A DNA stretch of 63,720 nucleotides, filler included, from Choristocarpus tenellus KU-1152 (taxonomy: Eukaryota > Protista > Phaeophyceae): the NCBI GenBank assembly GCA_964200185.2. It is 11 parts of 11 records of this genome, joined end to end, with 100 filler letters (N's around TTAATTAATTAA, not from the genome) between each part and the next. Parts side by side here need not be neighbours in the genome. Positions count along the whole stretch, not along the records: positions 1 to 9,736 come from CAXNAD020003445.1; positions 9,837 to 22,971 come from CAXNAD020001576.1; 9 more parts are not named here. One strand, written 5' to 3'. Of the stretch, positions 1 to 13,100 are shown piece by piece. Below the pieces are notes generated by a model. The model was not told where the DNA came from. It searched no databases and was given only the letters and a program-made list of their open reading frames with translations. A program made the position numbers and the translations under genes. Position 1 is the stretch's first letter; each line of letters begins with the position of its first letter.

Positions 1-395
1 CCGGACACACCTTTTCATAACATAGACATTTTATAGTGAAAGTATCTTAGAGGGTACGAGTTTTGCCGTGTTTGTTCATTTGGGGCTTGGCTTCCCACGT
101 GTTTATTATGACAATTTACCTACTCCAAAATGTTTCAGAGTAGGTAAAATGTGTACGTTATGGAGAGGTGTGTCCGGAACAAGGATATTGACACTTCCTA
201 ACTAAGATGATAGCCAAAATTATATCGAAATAGCAACATTGGATTTGGGCCCCTAAATGAACTTGGCTCTACCCTCTAAGATACTTTGACTCTTGCCTAC
301 TTCAGAGTAGGTAATTATCATAATAAACTCGTGGGAAGACAACCCTCAAATGGACAAACAGGGAAAAACTCGTACCCTCTAAGACACTTTCGCTC
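1..395. mobile_element. MITE family A: 5'-truncated host copy containing an inverted full copy at 34-292
   Basis: The inner copy is bounded by (t)AGTGAAAGTATCTTAGAGGGTA and TACCCTCTAAGATACTTTGACTC. The host sequence resumes at cctac... and ends ...CTCTAAGACACTTTCGCTC at 395. Confidence 0.9.
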
Positions 396-399
396 CAGA

Positions 400-2050
400 T
401 TACCCACACCAAAGACCCCCTTGCCTGATTTCCCTCTCCCCAATATAGGACGCGGTAGGTAAGGTCCAGGGCGAGGGCGTTGGTGATACTTGTATTGGAC
501 ACATTTGTAAATGGAACCCGAGAACGCAACTCACCATCCACCTCATTGTACCTTCATATCCAGCAGGTTGCATTTGGAGAGAGGAGGGCAGGGCATAGGC
601 AAAGGAATGGGCGGGAGAAAGGTAAAGACAGCGTGGAGATACCAGGGGGGAGGGATGAACAATGTTAGACAACAAAAAAGAACGGCGCATCATGTGGTTT
701 GCGCATGTACTGCTGGATTCACAAAAAAAATCCAGCTCAGAAAGGCATAATGCTAAACAAAGTGATCTTACAGCAAAGGAGAGCAAGCGCAATAGGGAAA
801 TGAAGATGCAACCAAGCTTTACCAGTAAACTCCCGCAGTCTTCACAGTGGATGAGAAGGTTACGTAGGTATCATTTATAGTGGAATTGGCGCCGTCATCC
901 GAAAAATATAGCTGGAAGTCGGTATACTGTGTTGGGAGGATATCCAATGTCCTTCTCTCTACCAGGCCAGGACACCTGAGAGGCAGCAACAGGAACAGAA
1001 CAGGTAAGGTGAGTTGACCCTAACACTTGATTTACATCACTGACACATCATTTCTTGCACTGATACTTCCAACCGCACATTTGTTTTGTTTCCTACTAGT
1101 GCACTCGTGTGCAATCATTGCACATTTTGCAACAATTCACTGTGCTTTGGATTTATCCTCTGTCAGAAGGTGGGATCATTTGGACAGTTAATTGCACCCT
1201 CAAGCACTCCATGGAAGTACTCCTGCTAAATTGAAACAGAATTTTGTTTGTCACCTCCTGTGGTTAGTTGAATGATGGCGGAAACTCAGGATGGATCCTT
1301 TTCCCCGTGTTGGCACAGAGCTCATACCTTAAACCTAGGAACTACAAAAGACAGGGATAGAGCTCCCTAACAAAAGTCCACATCGTATCATGACCACAGT
1401 GATGCGTCTTATAGGAGACTGAATCCATAGCTGAGAGTCACAGATATATGAACATATTGCTACCGCATTTTGTAATCCCTTGTTGCTTCAAGGCTGCATT
1501 AGGTCACCCTTGCTGCTGCCTTAGCTGTACCATGACTCCCTCGTCATAATAGAAGGTAAATGTTTAGGAGAGAGCAAGAAATTCCGAGTACCACCCTGCT
1601 GTCCTTTTACTCACTTTTGACGACCAGGCCAATGTGAAGTGGTGATGGAATACTGACCGCATGGTCCAAACTCTTGGTCATACTCGTAGTCCTCATCACA
1701 CTCACACTTTACAGCACACCGGATTGAGGAAGTTCACAACACATTGGGAGTTATTTTTCTGTCAGTGAACAGAAGGCCGTGATGAACTACAGTGTTCAGT
1801 AGATGCGAGGTGAGGAAGAAAGCAGTATGCGTCCAGGAGAGACCTTACAATGAAGCACATGGCAGTAGGGGGTGAGACACTTCTACAGTAAGAAGCAGAT
1901 ACCCAACGCAATAAGGGTGGTGGAAAGAAAGAAGAAAATAACACAGAGAGAGCAGAGTCTTGTCACAGGAGGGTCTGCCAAAGATAGTACTGGATTGAAC
2001 AGTGCAGTAGGAAGAAAAATAAAGTAGGGGGCGCAGAATAATATTTACCG
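400..2050 (-). pseudogene. Decayed Cys-cluster (CxC)/KDZ-like DNA transposase relic
   Basis: Fragments include KCECDEDYEYDQEFGPCGQYSITT, HCEDCG and LPPGISTL...RSRVPFTNV. They are reminiscent of CxC-KDZ transposases but broken by stops. Confidence 0.35.
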
Positions 2051-2698
2051 TTGAGACCTGTATCAAGGAAGGTGCTAGACCGTGATATATATGGAGGTGG
2101 AATAGATGTAAAGCTGACCAACAGGACACTGCCATCCAGGTCTGGGGGGAAGGGGGAAACTAAGAAACTATGTGGAAGGTCATGTCAAAGATGTGTCATT
2201 GTAAGGGCAATGGCTACCAAGTATATGTCCCTACAACCAAAAGTACAAAGGCATCATGGTTCTTACCCTATGCTTAAGGGTGATATTGTTCATTTATTGT
2301 GAGAGAAGACTTTATGGAGTTTTGATCTCGAGCAGAGACTGGAATCTCGTGCTTTTCATCAACCGGACCACCCTCTGGATTCAAGATGCTCATTCCATGC
2401 ATATAGAACAGCGCCTTTCCTCTATTGAATTCACCATCTGGGGAATCCAAAACAGAGGATGTTTTCTCTTCTTTCTTGTTCTGACATGGGATGGAGTTGA
2501 ATTTGTGCTACTAAGGTTCTCCTTGTAACTAAAAGAACAAAAGTTTTGACACAGAACACACAATTGGATTTACATTTTCCTATTTTCCTATGCAGCAATG
2601 TCAATCTTCAGTGCCTGAAAAGGAGGACATCCTCTGTGTAGCGAGAAGCGCTGGAGCAGGGTAGTTGTAGTGCTACACCCCTTCAAACAGTCCATGCC

Positions 2699-2963
2699 GA
2701 GTGAAAATATCTTTTAGGGTTAGGGTACAACTTTTGCTCTGTTTTCCATCTGGGGCTTGGCTTCCCATGGGTTTTTAACGACATTTTCCTACTCCAATTT
2801 TTTTTCCAGAGTAGGTACAATGTATGTGTTATGAAAAGGTGTGACTGGAACAAGGTTATCGACACTTCCTAACGAACACAATAGCTAAAATTACATCAAA
2901 ATCGCAACAATGGATTTTTGCCCTCAAATGGACGTGGCCTTACCCTCTAAGATACTTTGGCTC
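2699..2963. mobile_element. MITE family A, full copy
   Basis: ~23-bp imperfect TIRs, flanked by an ATGCC direct repeat. The left TIR reads TTAGGGTTAGGGT. Confidence 0.9.
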
Positions 2964-3606
2964 ATGCCCTTAAACATGTCACAATGATATGATAGGAAAA
3001 TTTCAGGGGAATGGATTAGGATAGCAAGGGAATCAAGTACACTTGCTGCAGTGCCTCTCATCCAAATACCTTGCCGGTGTCAAAGTTGCATGTTCCCAAC
3101 CCTGCACAGTACTCCTGCTCCTTGGTTCCATCATTAGTCACTAGGTACATCTCCCCTCCAACCTCTCCCGCCTCCAACAGACTGTGAACAACCTACCGTT
3201 AGAGGTTTGTGGTGATAATTTGACACACAAATGTTGGAATGAAAGGAGTATACAGGGCAGGAAAAAAAATGTTTCTTGTTTGACCATCGGCTTTGCAGTG
3301 CAGACTCTGGAAAAAAAAAACAGGCTTAAGAATAGAAGCTTCTTTTTTAGGGCAGAAAAATACTTTTCAGCACCGGCATTGACTTTAACAGTGAACTAAA
3401 CACATGAAAAAAAAAAGTAGGGTGGATTTCTCAACCCAACTTCCTGTCATGAACATGTATGCACTCGAGAATGGATAATACGGAGACCTTTAGTGTTGTT
3501 AATTGTAGAGATTTAGTTGCAACAATTCGATTATGTAAAAGCTATTGATCAAAGCTGAAAATTGCGGGGTGAACTCCATTTTTTTTTTAGCAAATGCACA
3601 CCGCTT

Positions 3607-3763
3607 GCATCAAAGTATCTGGAGGGGGGGGGGTGGTGGCTGTCCATTTGGGGTCCATTTTTCATGTCGCGATATTTGGGTGGTTTGGTTACATACGTTG
3701 AATGGATAATATAAGTGCACATTCCTGGGTTTTGGTCCAAATGGACACCCTTGGTGTAGACCG

Positions 3764-3809
<46 letters not shown>

Positions 3810-3915
3810 CCCCCCCCCATCCCACCCCCTCTTCTTCTTTTCTTTCAATATACNNNNNNNNNNCCGCGGGCGCGTCGCCCCCCCCCCCCCCCCCCCCCCC
3901 CAGATACTTTGGGTC
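3607..3915. mobile_element. MITE family B (poly-G/poly-C TIRs), with an internal assembly gap
   Basis: GCATCAAAGTATCTGGAGGGG...CCCCCAGATACTTTGGGTC, with a GCTT duplication on both sides. Internal sequence matches 53010-53188 in reverse. Confidence 0.85.
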
Positions 3916-4612
3916 GCTTACCTCAACTCATGCATTGCATGTATATTCAATCGTAATTGAGTAAGTACTTTGATGTAGATTGGAGTTTTCTAAACTGATT
4001 CGACTCAAGCCAATACCTCCTTCGGCACGCTTATTGCAACATATATTTTGTGTTGCCCAGGGGGGACAACAATGGACACTTCCATTCCTGTAGTCTCCCT
4101 TTCCCTGCCTTTGTCAATCTTGATGACATCCTGATCACAATGTCGAGAGGAATTGACAATTCAGTACATGGGCAAACCATACCTGGAGCGGATGATTTCC
4201 GTATGACATATCAATTGTGATTGAAGTATTGGAGGTGCTGGAACTGACACATGCTGCTCCATTTTGTTGTGAAACTGTCAAATTCTCTGAGGAAAGACTT
4301 GAGATCTCCGCCAATCGGGTCTGAGGACGAAACACAGGGACGGGAAAAGCACCAATTGCAGGGTAGGAGAAATATCTGTGGAGAGAGGAGTGTGACTATT
4401 GGTTGACAGGAGTGGGGTTACTATCTGTGAACATCTATTTTTTTGTTGGAGGTTTTCAAGTCATTTGCTGCAAGCACCTATTACACATAGCCCTGAAAGA
4501 AACCCTAACAGGTCTGTGATTTTGGTTCTGTGGGAGGATAGCACATGGAGGTTGGACTGTCGATTACATAACCCTAGCTTTGGTATTTATTGTCTGTGGT
4601 ATGTGGGGTAGT

Positions 4613-5257
4613 GAGTCAAAGTATCTTAGAGGGTAGAGAGTGAAAGTATCTTGGAGGGTACGAATTTTGCCCTGTTTTTCCGTTTGGGACTTGGCTTCCG
4701 GTGCTTTTTTTATAACATTTTCCTACTCCAAAATGTTTCGGAGTAGGTAAAACGTATACATCATGAAAAGGTGTGTTCAGAACAAGGATATTGAAACTCT
4801 AAAAATAATATGATAGCCAAAATTATATAAAAATCGCAACATTGGAGTTTGGCCCCCGAATGGACGCGGCCGTACCCTCTAAGATACTTTGGCTCAGAGC
4901 CCCGTCCGTTTGGGGCCCAAAATCTAACGTTGCAATTTTGATGTAATTTTGGCTACTGTGTCTGTTAGAAAGCGTTACTATCCTTGTCCTGGACACACCT
5001 TTTCATAATGTATACATTTTCCTACTCCAAAACATTTCGGAGTAGGTAAAATGTCATAAAAAAAAACCCACAGGAAGCCAAGCCCAAACGGACAAACAGG
5101 GGAAAACTCATACCCTCTCTTAATAAGATACTTTCACTCAATAAAAACGGACAAACAGGGGAAAACTCATACCCTCTCTTAATAAGATACTTTCACTCAA
5201 TAAAAACGGACAAACAGGGGAAAACTCGTACCCTCTCTTAATAAGATACTTTCACTC
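4613..5257. mobile_element. MITE family A host copy with an inverted copy nested at 4638-4895 and a triplicated right end
   Basis: The inner copy is flanked by AGA/AGA. The host right TIR ends at 5139, 5198 and 5257 (59-bp period). Confidence 0.92.
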
Positions 5258-5636
5258 AATGTTAAGGATATGTACTGTGAATGGCTCTGCAGAAAAAAAT
5301 TACATGAAGAATCTCAGTGATACGGGAGGGGGGGAGTTGAAAACATGCCAAACATTGAAAGTTAGGGTTTGGTGTGATGAAACATGCCAAATGGTCTGAA
5401 TTACTTGTGAAACGTGGTGAGATCCATAGTGTCTTAGAGAGTGGGGTGTTTGGGGCATGTTGTACATTTGGGGCTTGAAGGGGTGTTGTAAGACACGCCA
5501 GTTTGATGCCAATTATTGGTGTGATTTTCCTTTGGATTTGGTTCAGGCAGGGGGATGGAGAAGGAAGGTGTGTTCAGATAAAGGATAGTGTCCATACATC
5601 TGACACGGTCACTCAGATAACATGAAAATCATTACA

Positions 5637-5898
5637 GAGTGAAAGTATCTCGGAGGGTACGGGTTTTGCCCTGTTTGTCCATTTGGGGCTTGGCTTCCAG
5701 TGGGTTTTTTTTATGACATTTTACCTACTCTGAAATGTTTCAGAGTAGGTAAAAATATATACGTTAAGAAAAGGTGTGTCCAGAACAAGGATATTGACAC
5801 TTCCTAACAAACATGATAGCCAAAATTACATCAAAATTGCAACATTAGATTTTGGTCCCCAAACGAATGAGGTCCTATCCTCTAAGATACTTTGACTC
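5637..5898. mobile_element. MITE family A, full copy
   Basis: Both TIRs present; ACA/ACA target-site duplication. Confidence 0.92.
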
Positions 5899-5947
5899 AC
5901 AGGTTCACACAGGCCCCAAATGGACAACTGTCCCCCCCTCAAGGATA

Positions 5948-6467
5948 GAGTCAAAATATCTTAGAGGGAAGAGCTGCGTCCGTTTTGCGGTTAAATCCAA
6001 TGTTGAAAGTTTGATATAATATTGACTATCATGTTTGTTAGTAAGTGTCAATATCCTTGTTCCAGACACACCTTTTCATAGCATACACACACGTTACCTA
6101 CTGAGTGAAAGTATCTTAGACAGTACGAGTTTTGCCCTGTTTGTCCATTTGGGGCTTGGCTTCCCATGGGTTTTTTCATTACGTTTTCCTACTCCAAAAT
6201 GTTTAGTAGTAGGTAAAATGTATACTTCATGAAAAGGTGTGCCCGGACAAGGATATTGACACTTCCTAACAAACACGATCGCGAGAATTACATCAAAATC
6301 GCAACATTGGATTTTGACCCCCAAATGGATGCAGTTTCACCCTCTACGATACTTTGGCTCACTCCAAAACACTCAAAGTAGATGAAACGATATAAAAATC
6401 CCGTGGGAATCCAAGCCCCGAATGGACAAATAGGGCAAAACTCCTACCCTCTAAGATACTATCACTC
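5948..6467. mobile_element. MITE family A host copy with an inverted copy nested at 6103-6360
   Basis: The inner copy is flanked by ACT/ACT and interrupts the host motif CCTACT|CCAAAAC. Confidence 0.92.
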
Positions 6468-6479
6468 AAACTATGGGTT

Positions 6480-9300
6480 GCAATCTGTCAAGTGTGTTGA
6501 AAATTACGCACATTGCGTGCATGCCACAAACTTGTGCTTTCTAGTTGGTCAGCAATGTTTATGCATTCAGGCTGTCCGAAAAATGATTTATCCCTCATCA
6601 CCCCATAATCAAGACAATCCACACACAAATCCCACTTGTGGGGATGCAATGTTTTGATTGCAAGTGACACAAGGAGTTCTTCGAATTGAAAATCTACCCG
6701 CGCATGAAGACGATGGTTTAGCCTTACAGGTTCAGGAGATGTAGAGAGGGTATGCACACTTCTTTTCGAACGGCGCATCAACTGGTACTAGTCTTCTGCT
6801 TGCATATGCAACCACTTTGTGCTGAATGCAAGACTGACATTCTTTTGATTGCTTGTGACGACCAGTTCACATATGGTCCAACCTTGATAAGCCCCTCATT
6901 AGCATCGAATGGAAGCTTCTCGGTGATCTCGCCATCCTCGACCATGAAGCGGAAGAAACCTCCACAGGAGGCACCACAGTTGCACAATAGTGTAATATCT
7001 GTTGTCATGTGCAAGTCCACTACCTTGATGCGGAAATGAAAAGATGTAGGTTGGTGAATACCAAAAAAGGCGACCATGCAACAAGCAGAGAGGTGGGTTT
7101 TTTAATCTGGAACAAACGGCTCGTTCAAAAACGGATAATGATATGGGTAAGCTTCAAGGTGAGGGTGACAGTATGTTGTCACTGTCGGTGTGTTCTGGAT
7201 CATTGATGAATTGATCCCAGGGTAGGGCCAGAGCACCCCCCACTCTTTCTCTCTCTCCTTTCTTGAACAGTTGGTGCTTCTCCATCACTTCGCCACAGTT
7301 GTGGAGGAAGTCTTTGTTCCTTATTCACCTCATCAAATTATTGCTTCATTCCAACCTTGAATTTCATGTAGCAGGCATTCCCAGACTCATTCATTGATCG
7401 CTTCCCACCCAAATCTCACCACCACCAGCTCCACTGAGTTGGTTGAACTTGATGTACAGCGGGGGCAGATCACCAGGATCCCTGGTAAACGTTATGGAAG
7501 ATGTTGTGCCCCCGGAGCTGCACACTGAAGACTCTCCTGATGAGAAATCTACAGCGATAGGCTGAGTTGTATACTCTCCTGCATCCGACTTCATGCACAG
7601 GACAAGGGGGATGAATGGGTGGCACAATAAGAAGGCCTTTAGGTTTGCCATTGAACAGATTGCAATTTGTGAAATCTGCACTCTTGTGCAATTAACACCT
7701 GGGTGCTACCTATACCCGAGGAAAAGCTGAGATGGTTTAAGAAGAGCCTCATGCTCTCATTAGTGCATGAACCAGAAAGTAGTGAAATAGATGAGCGCAA
7801 AAACATCTCCCACAGCATTTGAGAAATATGAGCAGCTGGGAACATGTGCCAACAACTCTCAGTCTGGGAGGACAGAAGCAATGGCATCACTTTGATATGT
7901 GTTAAGTAACAGTAAGAAGGAGACACCTGACAGATCAAAAGTGATTGCCAAAGATTTTTGTGATGGACAAAACAGAGTGCTATTGCAAATATGTACATTT
8001 TTTTCATTTTGGCTGAAGTCTTCCTTAGCATGTAATGCATACCAATACTCCTGAGGAAATTTGTTGTGTGCATTGCACTTCAGAAACATATTGTGTGATT
8101 GGGGACAAGGGAGCAGTACCTCCTGGGTCTCAAAAAACAAATGACTTATATACCTCAAGCTGGTTCCCTCCTGAACCCCTATCACCCCTCTCCAATATCC
8201 TATCTGAGTACCTCAGAAAAAACAAATTATTTCTAAAAGACTATTGACCAGCTGACATGGCACCTCATCATCCCACTGAAGGCCAGCAGATATGACAGGG
8301 ATTACTCACTCCTCCCAAACTTTGCATTGCTGTTTTGGCTCAGACTCTCTTCTTCCACTACAGTATCAGGTTCCTCGTGCATTTTGTCATTCCTTCTAGA
8401 TTGTCTTTCTTGTCCTTCTGCCCTCCTCCCTTCCCTTGCCTTCCTGCTCATTCATCCTTTACTACAAAAATCCCTCTTCCTTGACGACATGCTCACTCTC
8501 CATACCTTTCCTAGGGTTCCTACTCCCCACCCTCACACCCTTCTCCTAACCACTTGACTCCCAAAAGGCGTTTGTCTACCTTTGCCCCCTCTGCACTCCT
8601 GACCTTCCCCTTCGTCTCCTTCAATCCCCCCCTGCCCTCCTATCTCCTCTGTCTTGTTTGCCTCACCTTGACGGTGGAAAGATCCATTAGTTTTCTGGCA
8701 ACTGCCTCCTCTGTCATGAAAGGTGACAATAAAGCATGCTTGCCTTTGTAGCGAAGGCGGAATGTACCTGAGCACTCTTCACATCTGTTTTTTTCATGAG
8801 TTCCATTCCCCAGGTCAGGGGTGAAATGTGGCATATGTGTGCAAAGCTAGCATGTGGAGCAATATGCAGATGTGTTGTCGGAAGCAATAGCCAGCACATT
8901 CTTCTTGCCCTGTTTCAGGCAGAGGAAACAGTCACTTCTCCAGAGGGACAAAGCTCTGATCTATCTCCCCTCCCCATTGATTCTGTTATTTGTGAGGGTG
9001 GTAAGGCCAACTCTGAACATTCAAGTGCCTTTCTGAAATGCTGTACTGTTGGATGAAAAAAATATTCATGCTGAGAGGTGATGTATCCTAGCATAGCTTA
9101 GACAGAAGGGCATGGGGTGGCTACAGAAAGCGATATGTCAATAATGTACACTACAAGAGCACGCTCCCCAATTTGTCTCCTTGAGTAATCTTGGCAATAA
9201 ATTCGAGAACTTCAAATCATACACCACTCTTTAGGAAGGAATAGATTAACCTATTTCTGACAAGAGTCCGGATGCAAAACTAATGGAGTTGAGGTGTTGA
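6480..9300 (-). pseudogene. Decayed Cys-rich transposon ORF with a SWIM zinc finger
   Basis: ~9118-9162 reads CSCSVHY*HIAFCSH (CxC-x9-CxH). Downstream are LCNCGASCGG and HPHKWDLCVDC and a Lys/Glu-rich segment. Many frameshifts and no splice structure. Confidence 0.45.
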
Positions 9301-9736
9301 TATCTACTCAGCACTTTCAGTCGAGAGTTATTTTTATTGGATGGAGTGTCCACACACCTGCAGTAGAGGAGAACGGTCTCATCTTGCTGCTCCCCTGTGA
9401 GACCATTATCACTTACAGGACACAGCCTTTGACTGCAGTCATATCCTGTGTATCCATCATCGCAGATGCACCCCTTGATGTAGAGAGGAGAAGGACCACA
9501 GGGACGACATTAGTGGAGAGTTGGATGACTGTGTATGCCATGTAGCCTTCAGTGGAGGTCTCCAGCTGTGATGCTAGAGTTTGTCTGAAGAGCTTGAGGC
9601 CAAAAATTGTCAGCATCATACTACATCGTGTCTACAAAATTCCTGATAGCAATTGAAATAATTCACATATTTACTACTTCATACAGGATATGAATCCAAG
9701 CACTTGAGGTTTTTGACTCAAAGTATCTGGGGGGGG

Positions 9737-9836
9737 NNNNNNNNNNNNNNNNNNNNNNNNNNNNNNNNNNNNNNNNNNNNTTAATTAATTAANNNNNNNN
9801 NNNNNNNNNNNNNNNNNNNNNNNNNNNNNNNNNNNN
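9737..9836. other. Artificial contig spacer (N44-TTAATTAATTAA-N44). Others at 22972, 32098, 37359, 40366, 43882, 46687, 51976, 55967 and 60880
   Basis: Identical 100-bp linker carrying stops in all six frames. Confidence 0.99.
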
Positions 9837-9851
9837 GTAATGCCAAACAAT

Positions 9852-10104
9852 GAGTATCTTAGAGGGTATGAGTTTTGCCCTGTTTGTCCATTTGGGACTT
9901 GGCTTCCCATGGGTTGTTTTATAACATTTTCCTACCCCAAAGTGTCTAGGAGTAGGTAAAGTGTGTATGTTGTGAAAAGGTGTGTCCGGAACATGGATAT
10001 TGACACTCCCTAACAAACACAATAGCCAAAATTACATCAAAATCACAACGTTGGATTTTGACTCCCAACTGGATGCGGCTCTACCCTCAAAGATACTTTG
10101 GCTC
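9852..10104. mobile_element. MITE family A copy (small deletion in one TIR)
   Basis: AAT/AAT duplication; internal sequence matches the other copies. Confidence 0.9.
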
Positions 10105-10193
10105 AATTAGTTGCACAGTCATTTCCAGCAGTTTCATTAATGAACCAGAAATATATATATACACACACACATATATATGGTGTCAGTTCATAC

Positions 10194-13100
10194 TTGGCAG
10201 GCGTGAAGCTCCAATTCCAGCAGTCGCCTCTGTTCGGCGGATTTCGCAATCGTTTCGGCAGCCCTCTCAACAGCATTAGTTGCTGTCACTCTCTCAGATG
10301 CCTCGTACTGTGGAGAAGATTTCAAAATACATTCATCTGGGATATTCTTAGGAGACGTCTCTTTTCAGTGGAGAAAAGTAGTTAGAAGGGTTATCGAAGA
10401 GATGGAATAGGGTAGGGTAGGGTAGTGTAGGGTAGGGTAGCAGATGCGAAAGGTCTACAGTTTATGAACATACTGGAAGGTGAGGTTGAAAAAATCGCAA
10501 TACATTGGATGTTATACCTGAGAATGGGAATGGGACAGTCAACAGAAAAACAAAGCGATGGAGAAGCAGCATCGCACTTAAGGCAATGATTAAAGGTACC
10601 TGTTGTCAGGGAGTGGGATCCAACATTTTCGATAATCAGTTTGTTTTGCATGAGGCCCCTGCCCGGGGATGCCCTCCATAATAAAATATTATGTGATGGT
10701 CTGTGTAAGAGCAAAAGAGTGCTTGAGTTTTTTGGCCAAGGTATTGGATAGAACAGTTAGTTGTTCTTGTGTGCAAGACGACATGTAAGCACTTTTTTTT
10801 ATCAAAGTGCATAATGATCGGGATCAAGTCAGGGTTAGCCTCAGGTACACGATCAGCGTGTTGCAGTACAGAGGCTTTGAGGAATAGGATTGGTCACCAT
10901 GCTTTGGGCACTCCTTTGATCTAGAAAATGGTGCGGGCTGTAATAGTGAAATGAATCTTGAATATTACACCTTTATTTGGTCCTTGAGGATTTTGCAGTC
11001 CTCCTCCTTTGCTTGAAGCCGTTTCTTGGTAGTTCTGTGGTTGGCCACCTCAGCGACATACTCAACTTCGAGGACACAACCTTTCTGAATTTGGAGTTCC
11101 TGGGCATGTAGGATCTTGTGATCCTTCTCAATCACCTTCTGAAGTTCATCCTGGCACAGAGAAGAGAAAAATAACACATCAAAGACATGCTCAGTCAACC
11201 TAAATCTTACCAGCAGGAACCCTAGATGACTGACTGGACAAGTTTCATTGGACTGTGAAAAAACATTTGAGGGAACGAGCTGATTGGTGCATTGATGGTG
11301 CACAAGGTTCATTATTCAAAGGCACAAATTCAGTTTACCTGCTTGGTCCTCAAGTCGAGATTTTCTGCCTGAAGCATTGCCCTGGAGGCATCTAGCTTCT
11401 CCAACTCCTCCTTGAGATGCGATATTTGAGTTTCCCTTTCATGAAAGATAGGGAGGGGAGAGTCGATGAAATTGAGAGGCATCCAGGTTTTGGGCGATAT
11501 GGATTCTAACTCAGCCTTTCAATCTTTTGATGGATGAAGTAATACATTTGACTTGAGAGAGTTGATTCCTTCATTATTTGAAACTCTACCGCAGGATTGA
11601 GGAAATATCCTAAACCCATTTGTAAAAAATGTCGACTTTTGCACATATTTTTCAACACCTTTCAAATGCAACTCTGGGTACTTCTCGTTTGTTTACTTTG
11701 AGTCATAAACTGTCTGTCAGGGCACATTTCCAATTGTTTGGTTGACTAGCTCATTCAGCATACATTCGTAATACCTCCTCGAGAAGGGCAACAACAGTGG
11801 AGGTATGTCTACAGCCCCCACTTCCCTTGAGTTGTTTCAATCAAAATCGTTTGGAATTCACCCTCATCATCCAAGCGAAACGCTCTCACGAAAGCAGTCG
11901 TTGGCACTGCTCAGTTAGGACAAAAAGTTGCAAATTATGTTGCAGAATTACACCTATCACACTTCTGTACTAGACAACAGGATACAATCTTGCCTTTGCC
12001 TACACAAGTCCTCTTGAAGTGCTTGCTCATTTCTTGCAGCTTCAGTCCTTGCCAGGTGTGATGCTGTTGCTTGAACACACACCTGCAGTTAGCAATAGTC
12101 AAGAACGCCTGCCTGGGACTAGGAGAAATATGGTGTTCCTGGAAATTTGGGTTGAATTGTAGCTTCTTGTACTTCATTTTTGTCAATCCTTCTTGCTACT
12201 GGCATCAATTCCTTCACCACTGTCTGCGATAGAGGCTGCTATCAACGCTACTCCTGTGGAGAACCAACTTCCTTATACTGATTCATAGAGTCATTATTCG
12301 GGACCACTCAATATGACCCACCCGATGTTCAAGCCAATCCTTCAGCAGGTGAGGCTGTAACTTGCTAAGACTCTCCCGAAGCATGTACTCTTCTGGCAAC
12401 TCCTTCTGCCCTCCGTCCCCTTCCGAGGGCCCAGTGCTGCTCTCATTATCAGCATTCTTTGCCTCCCAATATGTGCGGAACAGTGCATCTACCGAGCTTA
12501 TGTTTTGGGGCGTCTTTGGATCGGAAGGAAAATTCCTCTCCCCTTCAGGGAATTCAGTTGCGAGAGATCTGCCTTGTTTGTTGATTTGAGCGGGAGAAAA
12601 AGAGGATGAGATGTCAGGGACAGAAGCCTGCATCTGATGGTTAAATTTTGTCTGTTTCAGCGGGAAATCAACTACAGACCTAAAGTAAGGTCACGCAGAG
12701 GCCAAACCAGCATGAACATGGTATAGTGAGACCAGAGAAAGAAACAGGTAAATGAGTCAAAGTAACTTAGAAGGTAGAGCCGCGTCCATTTGGGTACCAA
12801 AATCTAGTGTTGCAAGTTTGATGTATTTTGGCTATCGTGTTTGTTAGGAGATGTCAACACCCTTGTTGCTGATACTCCTTTTCATAATATATACATTTTG
12901 CCTACTCCAAAATGTTTCGGAGTAGGTAAGCTGTCATTAAAAACCCATGGGAAGCCAAGTCCCAAATGGACAAACAGGGCAAAATTCGCACCCTCTAAGA
13001 TACTTTCACTCAATAGGAGAGGCCTCATGAAATCCTGCTGTGCTTCTTCTAGAATAGAGTTGCAGCTGCCACGAGCTGTTTATTAAGGCAAAGAGAAAGA

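Noticed and set aside
3549-3956. Poly-Gly and poly-Pro ORFs
   Set aside because: Derived from the poly-C tract of MITE family B next to an assembly gap.
9781-9792. Recurrent TTAATTAATTAA palindrome between N runs
   Set aside because: Artificial concatenation linker, not biology.
12841-13086. Recurring short ORF family (..VNILVPDTPFH..PTPKCFGVGK..)
   Set aside because: Chance reading frame of MITE family A; starts and stops are not conserved between copies.
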